64,000 nt of DNA, taken from the NCBI GenBank assembly GCA_943355005.1, contig CALRDV010000001.1:92632-156631 (forward strand), read 5' to 3'. Position numbers and translations under genes: made by a program. This document shows, in pieces, positions 1 to 10,243 of the stretch. The stretch comes from Patescibacteria group bacterium. Its GTDB lineage: Bacteria > Patescibacteriota > Microgenomatia > UBA1400 > MFAQ01. Position 1 is the first letter of the stretch. Each line of letters opens with the position of its first letter. Under the pieces are notes generated by a model. That model had not been told where the DNA came from. It saw only the letters and a list, made by a program, of their open reading frames with translations, and ran no database searches.

Positions 1-2
1 AT

Positions 3-1547
3 TCTTTTTACTCCACAACCTCATACCAGTTCACCAAGATTCTGTACACTTGTAATGGAAAAACCATAACGGACAATTTGCAACAGCTTTGCGACAAGTA
101 CAACACTTTCTCTTTGATTGCTGCTTCCAAGCTCGCCGACGCCGTCTATCAAGTTTCTGTTGAAGGCCTTGATGAAGTTGGTAACTCCTCACCTATCAGC
201 TTCACCTTGGTTGTAGGTAAGAATACTCCTAAACCTACACCCACTCCTAAACCTACACCCACTTCTAAACCAACTCCTACCCCCACTCCTACCCCAACTC
301 CAACTCCTACCCCCACTCCCACTGTTACAAGTACCCCAGCAGATACTCCTACTCCTACCCCCACTCCCACTCAAACCATTACCATTCAAGTAAACGACGT
401 CAACGGTCAGCCTGTCAGTGGTGTCGGTGTCATGGTCACCCCCGTTGCTCCGACTACTCTCACCGATTCCCCACCCATCACTATTCAAACCGTAACTCTC
501 ACCGCTACCGAGCCGTCTGCTACTAATACAGCTTCTTCGGGGACACAGGAAAATCTATCCATATTCGAACAATTCAAAATTGCTTTAAACAATATTATCG
601 GAGAAAAGACGAATGAAAATGGTCAAATCACTTTAGAGATTCCTCCCGGTGACTATCGGGTCAGAGTCAATGCTGCCACCGAATCCTTTATATTTCCCTC
701 GGTTCTTGCCGCGGAAACCTCGGTCACTAAGGTAGAACTACCCGTAGCTAAGAATTCTATCCAAATTGCCCCTGAGCCATTACCGGTCATCATCAAGAGT
801 TCGGAGAAAGTCTCGGAAGCGGTTGTTCAAGTCTCGGCTACTTCTGTCGCCGCCGTCACCACCTATGGGACACTCACTTCTATCATTGTTGCTATCAAAT
901 CCCTTCTCCCCATCTATGCCGAAACTGGTCGGAGTTTGGCCAGTCTTCCTCTGGACTTTCTAAACGCTTTGTCCAAGCTCGGTCTAAACTACTTTGGTAC
1001 TGGACTTACTTTTATCACCGGCAGGGTCTTTCTGAAGAGGAAGAGAGACGGGTTTGTTTTTGACAGTATTTCTCACAAGCCCATCTTCGGTGCCTATGTC
1101 CTCCTATATTCCCAGTCTGGTAATCTAGCCACGGATTTTACTGACATTGAAGGCAGATACTCCGTCAGTCCTCAGCCGGACACCTATCGTCTAAAAACTC
1201 AATCCACCGGTTTTATTTTCCCCTCAACAATTATCAGCAATGGTCAAGACATTGTTTATTCAAACGTCTACATTCCCGGTGAAGAAGTAGAAGTTGTCAA
1301 TCCCGTAGTACAGCCTGTAAGATATTCGGTAGCCATGGATCCCAAGATCTCCGGACCTATTTCAAAAGGTACAAGCTTCATACGTAGTTTACTGAAGAAA
1401 CTAAAGTATCCTCTCTACATCCTCACTTTTGTCTCCCTGTTCTTCACCTCACTCTCTCCGACTGCCGGCTACTACCGTTCCATCTTCATCATCTTCTGCA
1501 TCCACATCATCTTGAACATTTATCACAGCATTACCGCCAAGGCTTGA
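3..1547 (+). CDS. 5'-truncated surface/membrane protein: Ig-like repeat end, Pro/Thr linker, carboxypeptidase-regulatory-like domains, C-terminal TM helices
   Basis: Frame is open from nt 3, so the true start is upstream of the window; [18 protein letters not shown] Ig-like motif; (PT)n linker; [22 protein letters not shown] motif. Confidence 0.6.
   Translation, partial: SFYSTTSYQFTKILYTCNGKTITDNLQQLCDKYNTFSLIAASKLADAVYQVSVEGLDEVGNSSPISFTLVVGKNTPKPTPTPKPTPTSKPTPTPTPTPTPTPTPTPTVTSTPADTPTPTPTPTQTITIQVNDVNGQPVSGVGVMVTPVAPTTLTDSPPITIQTVTLTATEPSATNTASSGTQENLSIFEQFKIALNNIIGEKTNENGQITLEIPPGDYRVRVNAATESFIFPSVLAAETSVTKVELPVAKNSIQIAPEPLPVIIKSSEKVSEAVVQVSATSVAAVTTYGTLTSIIVAIKSLLPIYAETGRSLASLPLDFLNALSKLGLNYFGTGLTFITGRVFLKRKRDGFVFDSISHKPIFGAYVLLYSQSGNLATDFTDIEGRYSVSPQPDTYRLKTQSTGFIFPSTIISNGQDIVYSNVYIPGEEVEVVNPVVQPVRYSVAMDPKISGPISKGTSFIRSLLKKLKYPLYILTFVSLFFTSLSPTAGYYRSIFIIFCIHIILNIYHSITAKA
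229..372 (+). repeat. Coding Pro-Thr low-complexity repeat
   Basis: Tandem ACY-CCN codons encoding (PT)n. Confidence 0.9.
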
Positions 1548-1563
1548 GTTGATTGAATTTAAA

Positions 1564-1592
1564 TTGACACATCAACTACAAAAGTCTAAAAT
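1564..1592 (+). promoter_or_regulatory. Sigma70-type promoter of the A2M operon
   Basis: TTGACA (1564-1569), 17-nt spacer, TAAAAT (1587-1592), 9 nt before the ATG at 1602. Confidence 0.7.
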
Positions 1593-1601
1593 TCCTTATC
1601 C

Positions 1602-4600
1602 ATGGAAAAAATCAAATCTGGGCTACGTTCTTTTGGTGTTAGGAATGCCATTTTGTCCCTGATAGGAATAGCTGTTATCGTCTTTGGTGTTATTTTTGCG
1701 TCCAATTATCTTCGAAGTTCTGCCCGTTCGAGGCTAGGTTCTGATGCCGGCTTGGTGCTTACAGCCGACAGAGAAGATACCCTGGGAGCCTTCACAGACA
1801 CTACCTTCACCCTGAAGTCAGACAAAGACCTGTCGGTTTCAGATGTCAAAAAGAACATCATCTTCTTCCCCGAAATCGATTTTGATGTTAGAGAAGTTGG
1901 CTCACGCCAATTTAGCATTAAGCCCAAAAACAATCTAAATGATAACAGCCTTTATCGCATCAAGATTCTTTCACAAGCCAAAACCTTTTCCTGGGCATTT
2001 CAAACGAAGAACGATTTTCGGGTTGTTCAGTCTCTTCCCAGAGACAAAGGCACCTACGTTCCCCTCAATTCCGGTATCGAAGTCACCTTTAGCCATGACA
2101 ATTGGGAAGACATAAATTTCAAAACGAATAACTTCGAAATCACCCCAAATGTTGAAGGCCGATTTGAGAGACATTCCAGAACCTTATCTTTCGTGCCCAA
2201 ATCGCTGGCTCCGGACACCTTGTATACAGTCAAAGTTAAGAAAGGTGTCGTATTAAAGGGTAGTACCGACTCGCTTAAGGAAGATTATATTTTTCAGTTC
2301 GAAACCCAGCCGGCCAGTAGGGACCAAGTCCAATTAAATCTTTCCAGAAGTTTCTACGAATTTTCTCAGGCCGAAACACCGGCCCTTGATTTGTACAGTT
2401 CGTCGCAAGGCGGTGCCGATGTCACAGTGAAAGTCTACCAGGATCCCCCTCAAGGTTTTCTGTCGGATTTAATTACCAAACTTTCCATTCCTTCGTGGGC
2501 CAACAACTCTCTTCGAAACAATCGCCGTCCGGTTTCGGGTCTCACCAAAGTACTCGAGTTTAATACTCCTATCCAGAAGCAAACTTATACCTCCTACGTG
2601 ATGTTTCCTCAGACCTTGCCAAAAGGTTATTACATTGTCGAACTTAATATTGGTAATGTCACTACCCAAGCCCTAATACAAATTACCGACATCTCGGCCT
2701 ATCTCTCGGTCAGTGGTACCAAAACAGTCGTCTGGGTAAACGATTTGAAGACTGCCGGTCCCATTTCAGGAGCCGAGGTTGTTCTTGGTGAGGTCAAGGG
2801 TACTTCAGTCGCCGACGGTACAGTTTCTTTTGATACTCCTCTGGATAAATTATCAGATATAAAATATGCCACTGTTTCCAAGGGTGATAGTAAATTATTC
2901 CTACCTCTTCAAAACTCCCGTTATTACTACGATGCTTCATACCAAAATTCTCGCCGACAGACGGATAAATACTGGAATTATTTCTATACCGATCGTCCCG
3001 CTTATCTTCCTACAGACACTCTAAAGTTCTGGGGTTTACTTAGAGATCGCGATAATCTAAGCCAGAAACAAAAATTCACCCTCGAGGTTACCAGGACAGA
3101 TTACTCAAATTGGGATTTTAACCCGGTTGTTTTATTTTCCAGAGAAATTGAGACGAGTGACTTGGGTACTTTTATCGGAGATATACCTCTGACCAATTTC
3201 AATCCTGGCTACTACGGTGTAAATCTCAAGCTCGGCAGCAACATTATTTCCAGTTCTTCTTTCTCCGTAGAGACCTACACCAAGCCGGCATACAAGATTT
3301 CTCTGAATTCACCGAAAAAGGCCTACATTATCGGTGACACTGTCACTTTTTCCGGCCAGGCAACTTTCTTCGAGGGCTCTCCGGTTCCCGGCATGAATCT
3401 CAAGTACAGCATAGGGGGAGATGAAGGAAAAATGTCCACCGACTCAATGGGGAAATACAGCTTCAATTACACTGCTGGTGTCTCGAATAACACCTACAGT
3501 TATTCTCCGGAATCTAAATATATCAATGTCTATTCTGCTCTTCAGGAAGAAGGGGAAATAAACACTAACACCTCTATTTCAGTATTTGACTCTTCATTGG
3601 TATTTGGAAATTCCAAGTCTTCTACCAAGGACCAAGCAGGCAATGTCGAGGTAGATTTGAGGCTAGTTGATACTGATAAATATGTTCAAGGTACTCCAAT
3701 TGAAGAACTTTTTGCCCCCGCTCCATCCAGACAAATTACAGGTGACCTCATGGAAAACCAATATGTAAAGAAAGAAGTTGGCACCTATTACGATTTTATT
3801 AATAAAATTACTACTCCCAGATACGAGTACAGCACAGTCCAGAATAAAATCGCTGACATCACACTGACTACCGATTCAAACGGGAAAGCTGTTTATTCAT
3901 TCCCTGCTACCAAAGGCAAGTCCTACAACGTAAGGCTAAAAGCATCAGACGATCAAGGAAGAGTTACCTCTCGGGATATTTATGTTTCCGGTTACGCTAG
4001 TGACAACTACCTAAATAGTTACCTGTATCTAAAAACGAACAAAACAGGTGAAATCCAAAATAGGTATTCGGTAGGAGAACAAGTGAGTCTTACTTTGATG
4101 AAAGGTGAGTCGGAATTAGTTACCAATTCCTCAGATAAATTCCTTTATCTCTTTGCCCAACGAGGCATCAAGTCTTATCAGATTACCTCAGGTAACAGTA
4201 TTAGTTTCAAATATTCTGATATTTTTGTGCCAAATATCAATATTACTGCGGTTCGTTTCACCGGTAAGACTTATGAGGTTGCAGAAAATATGAGTTTGTA
4301 TTTCGACACAAGTTCCAAAAAACTCTCCTTGGATGTGACCAAAGATAAAGCAACTTACCTTCCGGGGGATACTGCGAAGATTTCTGTTTTGGCCAAGGAT
4401 TTTTCCGGGAGTCCTGCCCAGGCAGAAGTAAATCTTAGTTTTGTGGATGAAGCTTACTACGCGCTTTACAGCCAGTATTTGGACCCACTTTCCCGAATTT
4501 ATTCTCAGCTCGATTCGGACATCATTGCAAGTTATCAATCTCATCGTTATCCCCTTGATAGTGGTGGTGCTGAAGGTGGTGGGTGTTTCTTGCCTGGGAC

Positions 4601-6818
4601 TCAGATTCTCATGTCGGATGGAAAAACCAAGAATATTGAAGATGTTAAAGTCGGAGATAAAGTCAAAACTCTTACTTCTTCCGATTCAGATAAATTGGTA
4701 AGCGCCAAAGTTATCAAGACATTTGTTCACAAATTAGCTGGCTATCTTGTAATAAACAATCACCTTAGAGTGACCGGTGAACACAACTTATTTATCAACG
4801 GCCGATGGATGACTGCTTTGGAAGCCAAGGTAGGGGATTCTTATCTGGACGTAAATGGTAAATATCAGGATATTTATTCCATCGAAAATTATTCGGGAAT
4901 TAATACTGTCTACAACTTTACGGTCGAGAAACTCAGCACTTATTTTGCTGATGGATTCTATGTTCACAACGACAAGGGCCGTGAACTCTTTGTAGACAAT
5001 GCCTTCTTTGGTAGTGTCAGGACCGGTGCCGATGGTCGCGCCTCAGTAGACGTGAAGCTTCCCGACAATCTTACTTCCTGGAGAATCACATCTCAGGGAA
5101 TCACGGGAGATCTGAAGGTGGGTGTCGCTCAAACTCCACTTATCGTCAAACAACCTCTCTTTGTCGATGCCGTCATGAATACTGAATATGTCATCGGAGA
5201 TCATCCACAGATTTTAGTTCGTGTCTATGGTGAAGGATTGTCTACTGGGGAAAACGTAAATGTCGTGGTTCAGTCGGATAGTTTAGGAATCTCCAAAACA
5301 TTCTCAGTTAAAGCTTTTGAATCTTCCAAAATTGATCTTGGAGTGCTAAAGGAAGGTATCCATAAAATTTCTTTCACCGGGAACTCCGGAAGTTTGTCTG
5401 ACAAACTTATTCGTAGCCTTACCGTTATCCCATCCAGATTGCAGGTTGCTAAAACGGAAAGTTCGGCTCTTACTGCTGAGACTAAGCCTGTCGGATCCTC
5501 AAATTCTCCTACCGGAATATTTATTTCAGACCTAAGTTTGGGGCGTTTCTACCCTCCACTACTGAATCTGTCATATACATGGGGAGATCGTTTGGATCAA
5601 AGAATTGCCCGTACTCTTTCTCAAGAAATTATCAAAAAAAGTTTTGATGATACTGTTATTCCGGAAAAATTGGACCTAACTTCCTTTCAGACTGGTGAAG
5701 GTGGCTACGCTCTCTTTCCATACTCCGGTTCAGATTTAGAACTATCCGCCTTTGTGGCTGCTTTGGCTGGTGATAAAGTTGATAGAGTAGGTCTTGCCAA
5801 TTATTTCTATAGAAATCTTTCAAAAATTCAGGACTCGGAAGGCTTTGCCAAATCTCTATACGGTCTAGCTTCTCTGGATGAGCCGGTTCTTCTTTTAATA
5901 AACCGTCTCGATGAGACCAAAAATCTTTCGCCTATGGCTAGGATTTATATTGGCTTAGCTCAAGCCGCCATTGGAGATACCGAGAATGCGGCTGATACCT
6001 ATCGTTCACTAATATCTGAGTTTGCCATCCCACAAGATAATCTTACTTACATGAAGGTGGGAAATGATAAGGATAGCTTTTTAAGAGCCACCGCTCTTAC
6101 TTCTGCCTTAGCTTCAGTTCTAAGTGAGAAAGAAGCTGATAGTCTTTTGGCTTATACCTTAAGTAATAGGGCCAAAGATATTCTATTAGTTTCGCCGGAA
6201 TTAATATCCATCAAGAATCAAGTTAACAATTCTGTTCCTCAGCCTGTCTCTTTTGCTTACACTTTGGGTGGTAAAAAAGTCACTAAGAGTTTAGAAAAAG
6301 GAAAAGTATTTAAGCTGGAACTTTCACCCAAAGACTTGGCGGATATCACTTTCTCTGATATTGTAGGCAGTGTGGGGATAACTTCTGCTTACTTCACTCC
6401 CTTGGATCCCAAAACAGCAACTGTAGACCCGTCGGTAAAAGTTAGTCGAAATTATTCTGTCAAAGGTAAAGATACAACCGTGTTCTCTGAGTCTGATCTT
6501 GTCAAAGTCACTCTTCCGGTTACTTATGCCGCCATTACTCAGGATGGTTGTTATCAGGTCACAGACATCCTTCCGTCGGGTCTGAAACCTGTTACATCCA
6601 TGTCATCCATGATTAGCAATGCCTATCTATACCCCTATGATATCAATGGTCAGAAGGTCAGCTTCTGTGTCTCCAAGGGCGATACGAGGAGTAGTGTGTC
6701 CTATTATGCTCGAGTGATATCGGCAGGGGATTACAGGTCGGAGAACGCAATTATTCAGTCACTCAAGGCTCCGTCAATCTTCAATTTCTCACCTGCCGGA
6801 ACCGTGAGTATCAAATGA
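1602..6818 (+). CDS. Bacterial alpha-2-macroglobulin family protein with N-terminal Ig-like domains and an internal Hint domain
   Basis: N-terminal TM; YTDRPAYLP (MG2); VKLPDNLTSWRI; FQTGEGGYALF; VTDILPSGL; YYARVISAGDY; GDRLDQ where CxEQ is expected. Confidence 0.9.
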   Translation: MEKIKSGLRSFGVRNAILSLIGIAVIVFGVIFASNYLRSSARSRLGSDAGLVLTADREDTLGAFTDTTFTLKSDKDLSVSDVKKNIIFFPEIDFDVREVGSRQFSIKPKNNLNDNSLYRIKILSQAKTFSWAFQTKNDFRVVQSLPRDKGTYVPLNSGIEVTFSHDNWEDINFKTNNFEITPNVEGRFERHSRTLSFVPKSLAPDTLYTVKVKKGVVLKGSTDSLKEDYIFQFETQPASRDQVQLNLSRSFYEFSQAETPALDLYSSSQGGADVTVKVYQDPPQGFLSDLITKLSIPSWANNSLRNNRRPVSGLTKVLEFNTPIQKQTYTSYVMFPQTLPKGYYIVELNIGNVTTQALIQITDISAYLSVSGTKTVVWVNDLKTAGPISGAEVVLGEVKGTSVADGTVSFDTPLDKLSDIKYATVSKGDSKLFLPLQNSRYYYDASYQNSRRQTDKYWNYFYTDRPAYLPTDTLKFWGLLRDRDNLSQKQKFTLEVTRTDYSNWDFNPVVLFSREIETSDLGTFIGDIPLTNFNPGYYGVNLKLGSNIISSSSFSVETYTKPAYKISLNSPKKAYIIGDTVTFSGQATFFEGSPVPGMNLKYSIGGDEGKMSTDSMGKYSFNYTAGVSNNTYSYSPESKYINVYSALQEEGEINTNTSISVFDSSLVFGNSKSSTKDQAGNVEVDLRLVDTDKYVQGTPIEELFAPAPSRQITGDLMENQYVKKEVGTYYDFINKITTPRYEYSTVQNKIADITLTTDSNGKAVYSFPATKGKSYNVRLKASDDQGRVTSRDIYVSGYASDNYLNSYLYLKTNKTGEIQNRYSVGEQVSLTLMKGESELVTNSSDKFLYLFAQRGIKSYQITSGNSISFKYSDIFVPNINITAVRFTGKTYEVAENMSLYFDTSSKKLSLDVTKDKATYLPGDTAKISVLAKDFSGSPAQAEVNLSFVDEAYYALYSQYLDPLSRIYSQLDSDIIASYQSHRYPLDSGGAEGGGCFLPGTQILMSDGKTKNIEDVKVGDKVKTLTSSDSDKLVSAKVIKTFVHKLAGYLVINNHLRVTGEHNLFINGRWMTALEAKVGDSYLDVNGKYQDIYSIENYSGINTVYNFTVEKLSTYFADGFYVHNDKGRELFVDNAFFGSVRTGADGRASVDVKLPDNLTSWRITSQGITGDLKVGVAQTPLIVKQPLFVDAVMNTEYVIGDHPQILVRVYGEGLSTGENVNVVVQSDSLGISKTFSVKAFESSKIDLGVLKEGIHKISFTGNSGSLSDKLIRSLTVIPSRLQVAKTESSALTAETKPVGSSNSPTGIFISDLSLGRFYPPLLNLSYTWGDRLDQRIARTLSQEIIKKSFDDTVIPEKLDLTSFQTGEGGYALFPYSGSDLELSAFVAALAGDKVDRVGLANYFYRNLSKIQDSEGFAKSLYGLASLDEPVLLLINRLDETKNLSPMARIYIGLAQAAIGDTENAADTYRSLISEFAIPQDNLTYMKVGNDKDSFLRATALTSALASVLSEKEADSLLAYTLSNRAKDILLVSPELISIKNQVNNSVPQPVSFAYTLGGKKVTKSLEKGKVFKLELSPKDLADITFSDIVGSVGITSAYFTPLDPKTATVDPSVKVSRNYSVKGKDTTVFSESDLVKVTLPVTYAAITQDGCYQVTDILPSGLKPVTSMSSMISNAYLYPYDINGQKVSFCVSKGDTRSSVSYYARVISAGDYRSENAIIQSLKAPSIFNFSPAGTVSIK
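4584..4970 (+). other. Hint/intein-like domain, 129 aa, no homing endonuclease
   Basis: Starts CFLPGTQILMSDG; block B VTGEHNLF; block F TVYNFTVE; ends YFADGFYVHN; +1 residue is Asp. Confidence 0.9.
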
Positions 6819-8614
6819 AGCATCTTAAGAAGCATCTTGTCATTCCGGGCCCTGCCTTGCTAGTAGGCAGGTTGACCCGGAATCCATCTGGATTTGTAAT
6901 TGGTCTTCTGTTGTCCTTATTACTTATCGTACTTGGAATAAACATTTTACTTTCTTATAAGCCCAGAAAAACAATTTCTCTAAAGCCAACCTTCTCCACA
7001 GACTTTGCCTATGACAATCGTACTTTTCTCCACGCCGTAGCCGAAAACAAAAGTATTGGAGGTTCTATTCCGAGTGTCGTTATCCTACCCCACCATCTAC
7101 TTGCTTCCACCATTATTGCAGAAGGCATTTCGATGTTGGCGAGGCAGTCACCTAAAACTATTATTATTCTTTCTCCAAATCATGCGAATACCGGCCAGTG
7201 TGACATTGTTACTTCACGAAATAGTTGGGAGACTCCCTTTGGTCAAATGGATGTTGATCTAGATATTCAAAAGATATTTTTGGATTCCAAGATTATATGT
7301 ACAGACGACACCGCTATGCAGGTGGAGCACGGTGTAGCCGGTCTTTTGCCATTTATTAAATATTATCTACCGAACACTAAAGTTGTTCCTTTGGCACTAA
7401 AGAAAGAAATTGATCCTAATTCGTTCAAAATATTTACTCAAAAATTAATTGAAGTTTCCAAAAACTCTACCATTTTAGCCTCCATCGACTTCTCTCATGG
7501 TCTGTCTCAGAAGGAATCATTAAAGCGGGACAGCCAAACAAAAAGTTTAATTGCCAATCTTAATTATTCGGAATTAGAAAAATTATCTTCTGAGTACATA
7601 GACTCCCCAATATCTCTCATTTCTGCACTAAGTGTAATTAATTCCTATGGTTCCAAGCCCGAATTTCTCGTTCACTCCGACTCGTCAGCATTCAATAGAG
7701 ACACCAAAGATGTCACCTCATATTTTTTGATTTCCGACACACCGTCATTGCGAGGTACTCCGCGGCAATCTACCGGCTCGAACGACTCCTTCACCCTTGT
7801 CTTCGGCGGAGACGTCATGCTTGGTCGTTCTGTGAACACTCGCATGCTCAAATATTCAGATTTCACTTGGCCTTTTTTAAAAATATCAACTTTACTTTCC
7901 CAAGCAGATTTAACTCTGGTGAATCTGGAGTCGCCCTTTCGCTCTGGATGCAAAGAGTCTGATTCTGGAATGGTTTTCTGTGCGGATCCACGGTCCATCG
8001 AAGGTTTACTCGCCGCAGGAGTGGATGTTGTGAATCTGGCCAACAACCATATTGATAACCAGGGAAAAGAGGGGATAACTGAGACTTTGGAGATTTTAAA
8101 TAAGAATAATATTGTCTCTGTGGGGGTGGACCCCCGCGACCACCCAACTCCGTCAAATATTTTCACCATCAAAAACACCAAAATCGCCTTCCTCGGCTTT
8201 GACGATATTCGACCCGTCTCATCGGAAGTTACTTCTGCCACTCCGGAAAATATCAAGACTCAAATCGCTGAAGCCAAAAAGATGTCTGATCTTGTTGTAG
8301 CCACCTTTCACTGGGGAAGCGAATACAGTTCTCACAATTCCGGACAAGAATATTTGGCTCATCTAGCTATTGATTCCGGTGCCGACTTGGTCATTGGTCA
8401 TCACCCCCACTGGGTTCAGGAGTTTGAAGAATACAAAAGCAAGCCCATCTATTATTCTTTGGGAAACTTGGTCTTCGATCAAATGTGGTCCGACAAGACC
8501 AGAAATGGACTAGTTGTCAGATTCACTTACACTGGTTCCGATTTGCTCAACAGAGAAGAATTCCCCATCAAGATTTTTGACTACGGCCAACCGGCTCTGC
8601 TATACAATAAGTAG
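6815..8614 (+). CDS. AmmeMemoRadiSam protein B (MEMO-like) fused to a CapA/PGA_cap metallophosphoesterase
   Basis: LPHH, SPNH, EHG and SIDFSH motifs, then GDVMLGR, NLESP, LANNH, FHWG, GHHPHW, YSLGN. Confidence 0.85.
   Translation: MKHLKKHLVIPGPALLVGRLTRNPSGFVIGLLLSLLLIVLGINILLSYKPRKTISLKPTFSTDFAYDNRTFLHAVAENKSIGGSIPSVVILPHHLLASTIIAEGISMLARQSPKTIIILSPNHANTGQCDIVTSRNSWETPFGQMDVDLDIQKIFLDSKIICTDDTAMQVEHGVAGLLPFIKYYLPNTKVVPLALKKEIDPNSFKIFTQKLIEVSKNSTILASIDFSHGLSQKESLKRDSQTKSLIANLNYSELEKLSSEYIDSPISLISALSVINSYGSKPEFLVHSDSSAFNRDTKDVTSYFLISDTPSLRGTPRQSTGSNDSFTLVFGGDVMLGRSVNTRMLKYSDFTWPFLKISTLLSQADLTLVNLESPFRSGCKESDSGMVFCADPRSIEGLLAAGVDVVNLANNHIDNQGKEGITETLEILNKNNIVSVGVDPRDHPTPSNIFTIKNTKIAFLGFDDIRPVSSEVTSATPENIKTQIAEAKKMSDLVVATFHWGSEYSSHNSGQEYLAHLAIDSGADLVIGHHPHWVQEFEEYKSKPIYYSLGNLVFDQMWSDKTRNGLVVRFTYTGSDLLNREEFPIKIFDYGQPALLYNK
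6839..6886 (+). repeat. GTCAT palindrome with nested 21-nt CCTGCC..GGCAGG hairpin, in frame
   Basis: GTCATTCCGGGC[CCTGCCTTGCTAGTAGGCAGG]TTGACCCGGAATCCA encodes VIPG-PALLVGR-LTRNP. Confidence 0.9.
7743..7771 (+). repeat. CGTC palindrome in frame at the MEMO/CapA junction
   Basis: CGTCATTGCGAGGTACTCCGCGGCAATCT, one mismatch from the copy at 51787. Confidence 0.9.
8120..8145 (+). repeat. GTAG-type REP-like hairpin in frame in the CapA domain
   Basis: GTGGGGGTGGACCCCCGCGACCACCC, stem GGGTGG/CCACCC, GC-rich island in an AT-rich gene; encodes VGVDPRDHP. Confidence 0.5.
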
Positions 8615-8615
8615 T

Positions 8616-9761
8616 ATGAAAAACATCTGCCGCACTCTGGCTATCTTCCTTTCCTCATTAACATTTATTTTTCTCTTTTCCTTCCCTGCCCACGCTGTAT
8701 TTATTCAGTCAGGCAACGTTTTAGATCTACCTAAAGACAAGAAAATTGACGAATCCGTCCTAATTAGTGGTGGTACCCTCACTGTTGATTCGGACATAAA
8801 TGGTGATTTGTTGTGTGCAGGCAAGGATGTGGTGGTAAATGGAAATATCAAAGGAGATATCCTTTGTGCAGCTCAGTCAATTAAGGTCAATGGCAACGTC
8901 GACGGCAATATAAGAGTTGTAGCTCAAAATATCGAGATAACAGGTACGATTACTCGTAATTTATATTCACTGGCTCAAAATCTATCTTTATCAAAGCTTT
9001 CTTCGGTAAAAGGTGATATTTTCTTTGGAGTGCAGAATGTAGACTTGCGCGGTTCCCTTGGCAGAGATATGTTGGGAGCCGGTGACAAGATTGATATTAC
9101 CGGTTCGCTCTTACGGAACGCCAAAGTTACAGCCACCAAAATATCTGTTTCGGATCCGGCCAGGATAGGTGGTAATTTTGAGTACTATATTGATAATGCC
9201 GGTATTGCTTCTGTAAGTGCTGCAAATGTAAAAGGCGAGATTCTCAAACATGAAATTGTAAGACAAACTCCGGAGAAGAAAAATCGAGAACCAAAACCTT
9301 TCGTAATGTTTTTTGGAAAAATTTATTCAGTCATAACTTACATCGTCTTGGGATTAGTCCTTTTATATTTCCTCAAAAAAGGTATTGAGGATCGTACAGC
9401 AATTCTTGTTTCCAAACCGCTTGTGACAGGTTTAATAGGCTTAGCGGTACTTATGTTGACGCCTATTGTGTTTATTCTTCTTCTTATGACTTTCATCGGG
9501 GTACCTTTAGCTTTTGTCCTGATCATTGAGTATGTTTTGGCCATAATTACCGGGACAATCTATTCCACCATTGCCCTTGGCTGGTGGATCATGAAGAACT
9601 TGGCAAAGAGTAAAAAAGAAAGTGATGTCTGGTCCTTAGTGGTTGGAGCCATCGCCATGGGTCTACTTACAAGTATCCCTGTTCTGGGTTTCTTTGTCGG
9701 TCTTATTGCTTTATGTTTGGGTATGGGAGCCATATTTACTTCATACCTTCCCAAGAAATAA
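8616..9761 (+). CDS. Polymer-forming cytoskeletal (bactofilin-like beta-helix) membrane protein
   Basis: Signal peptide from the ATG at 8616; VNGNIKGD/VNGNVDGN repeats; C-terminal multi-TM domain. Confidence 0.75.
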   Translation: MKNICRTLAIFLSSLTFIFLFSFPAHAVFIQSGNVLDLPKDKKIDESVLISGGTLTVDSDINGDLLCAGKDVVVNGNIKGDILCAAQSIKVNGNVDGNIRVVAQNIEITGTITRNLYSLAQNLSLSKLSSVKGDIFFGVQNVDLRGSLGRDMLGAGDKIDITGSLLRNAKVTATKISVSDPARIGGNFEYYIDNAGIASVSAANVKGEILKHEIVRQTPEKKNREPKPFVMFFGKIYSVITYIVLGLVLLYFLKKGIEDRTAILVSKPLVTGLIGLAVLMLTPIVFILLLMTFIGVPLAFVLIIEYVLAIITGTIYSTIALGWWIMKNLAKSKKESDVWSLVVGAIAMGLLTSIPVLGFFVGLIALCLGMGAIFTSYLPKK

Positions 9762-9770
9762 TTTTCACAA

Positions 9771-9802
9771 AAAAATCCGGCCGCGTTTTTGCGGTCGGAT
9801 TG
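9771..9802. terminator. Hairpin between convergent genes
   Basis: AATCCGGCCGC-GTTTTT-GCGGTCGGATT with flanking A/T tracts. Confidence 0.6.
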
Positions 9803-9806
9803 GTTA

Positions 9807-10187
9807 TTATTCTTCTTTTGAAGCACCTTCGGCGTTTACCATTAGTTCATTTAGTTTAGATAAGACCTCTTGGTCGACTTCTCCAACGTTATACTCACCG
9901 ACTAAATATCCAATTGGTGAGTAATCGTGATTTTCATACCAGGGGACATATTCAGAAGGTAATTCTGTACCATTTGTTCTGACTTTAATAATCTCAACAA
10001 TTTCACCGTGCAATATAGCATCTACAAAGTCCGGACACGGTACATATCCGTGATTTGAGATATAGTGACAAGTCATTTTGTATACCAGATATTTATACAA
10101 ACGCTCATGTACTTGAATAACAATCTCTACATCGGCAGCTTCCTCTTCCTTCAATCCCTTACACAGTCCGCAAGCTCTAAAAGCCAT
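9807..10187 (-). CDS. Hypothetical protein
   Basis: 126-aa ORF with N-terminal CxxC and upstream AGGAAAAGAGGTG RBS-like sequence. Confidence 0.6.
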   Translation of the reverse strand: MAFRACGLCKGLKEEEAADVEIVIQVHERLYKYLVYKMTCHYISNHGYVPCPDFVDAILHGEIVEIIKVRTNGTELPSEYVPWYENHDYSPIGYLVGEYNVGEVDQEVLSKLNELMVNAEGASKEE

Positions 10188-10243
10188 TTGTGCACCTCTT
10201 TCCTGTTTTTAAGGATTTTCTATCTGCTTGATTCTACACCCTC

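Noticed and set aside
229-372. Tandem repeat and antisense poly-GV ORF (149-370)
   Set aside because: Ordinary Pro-Thr linker coding repeat; the antisense ORF is its shadow.
4584-4970. Canonical mobile intein
   Set aside because: No homing endonuclease and the +1 residue is Asp; reported as a Hint/BIL-like domain instead.
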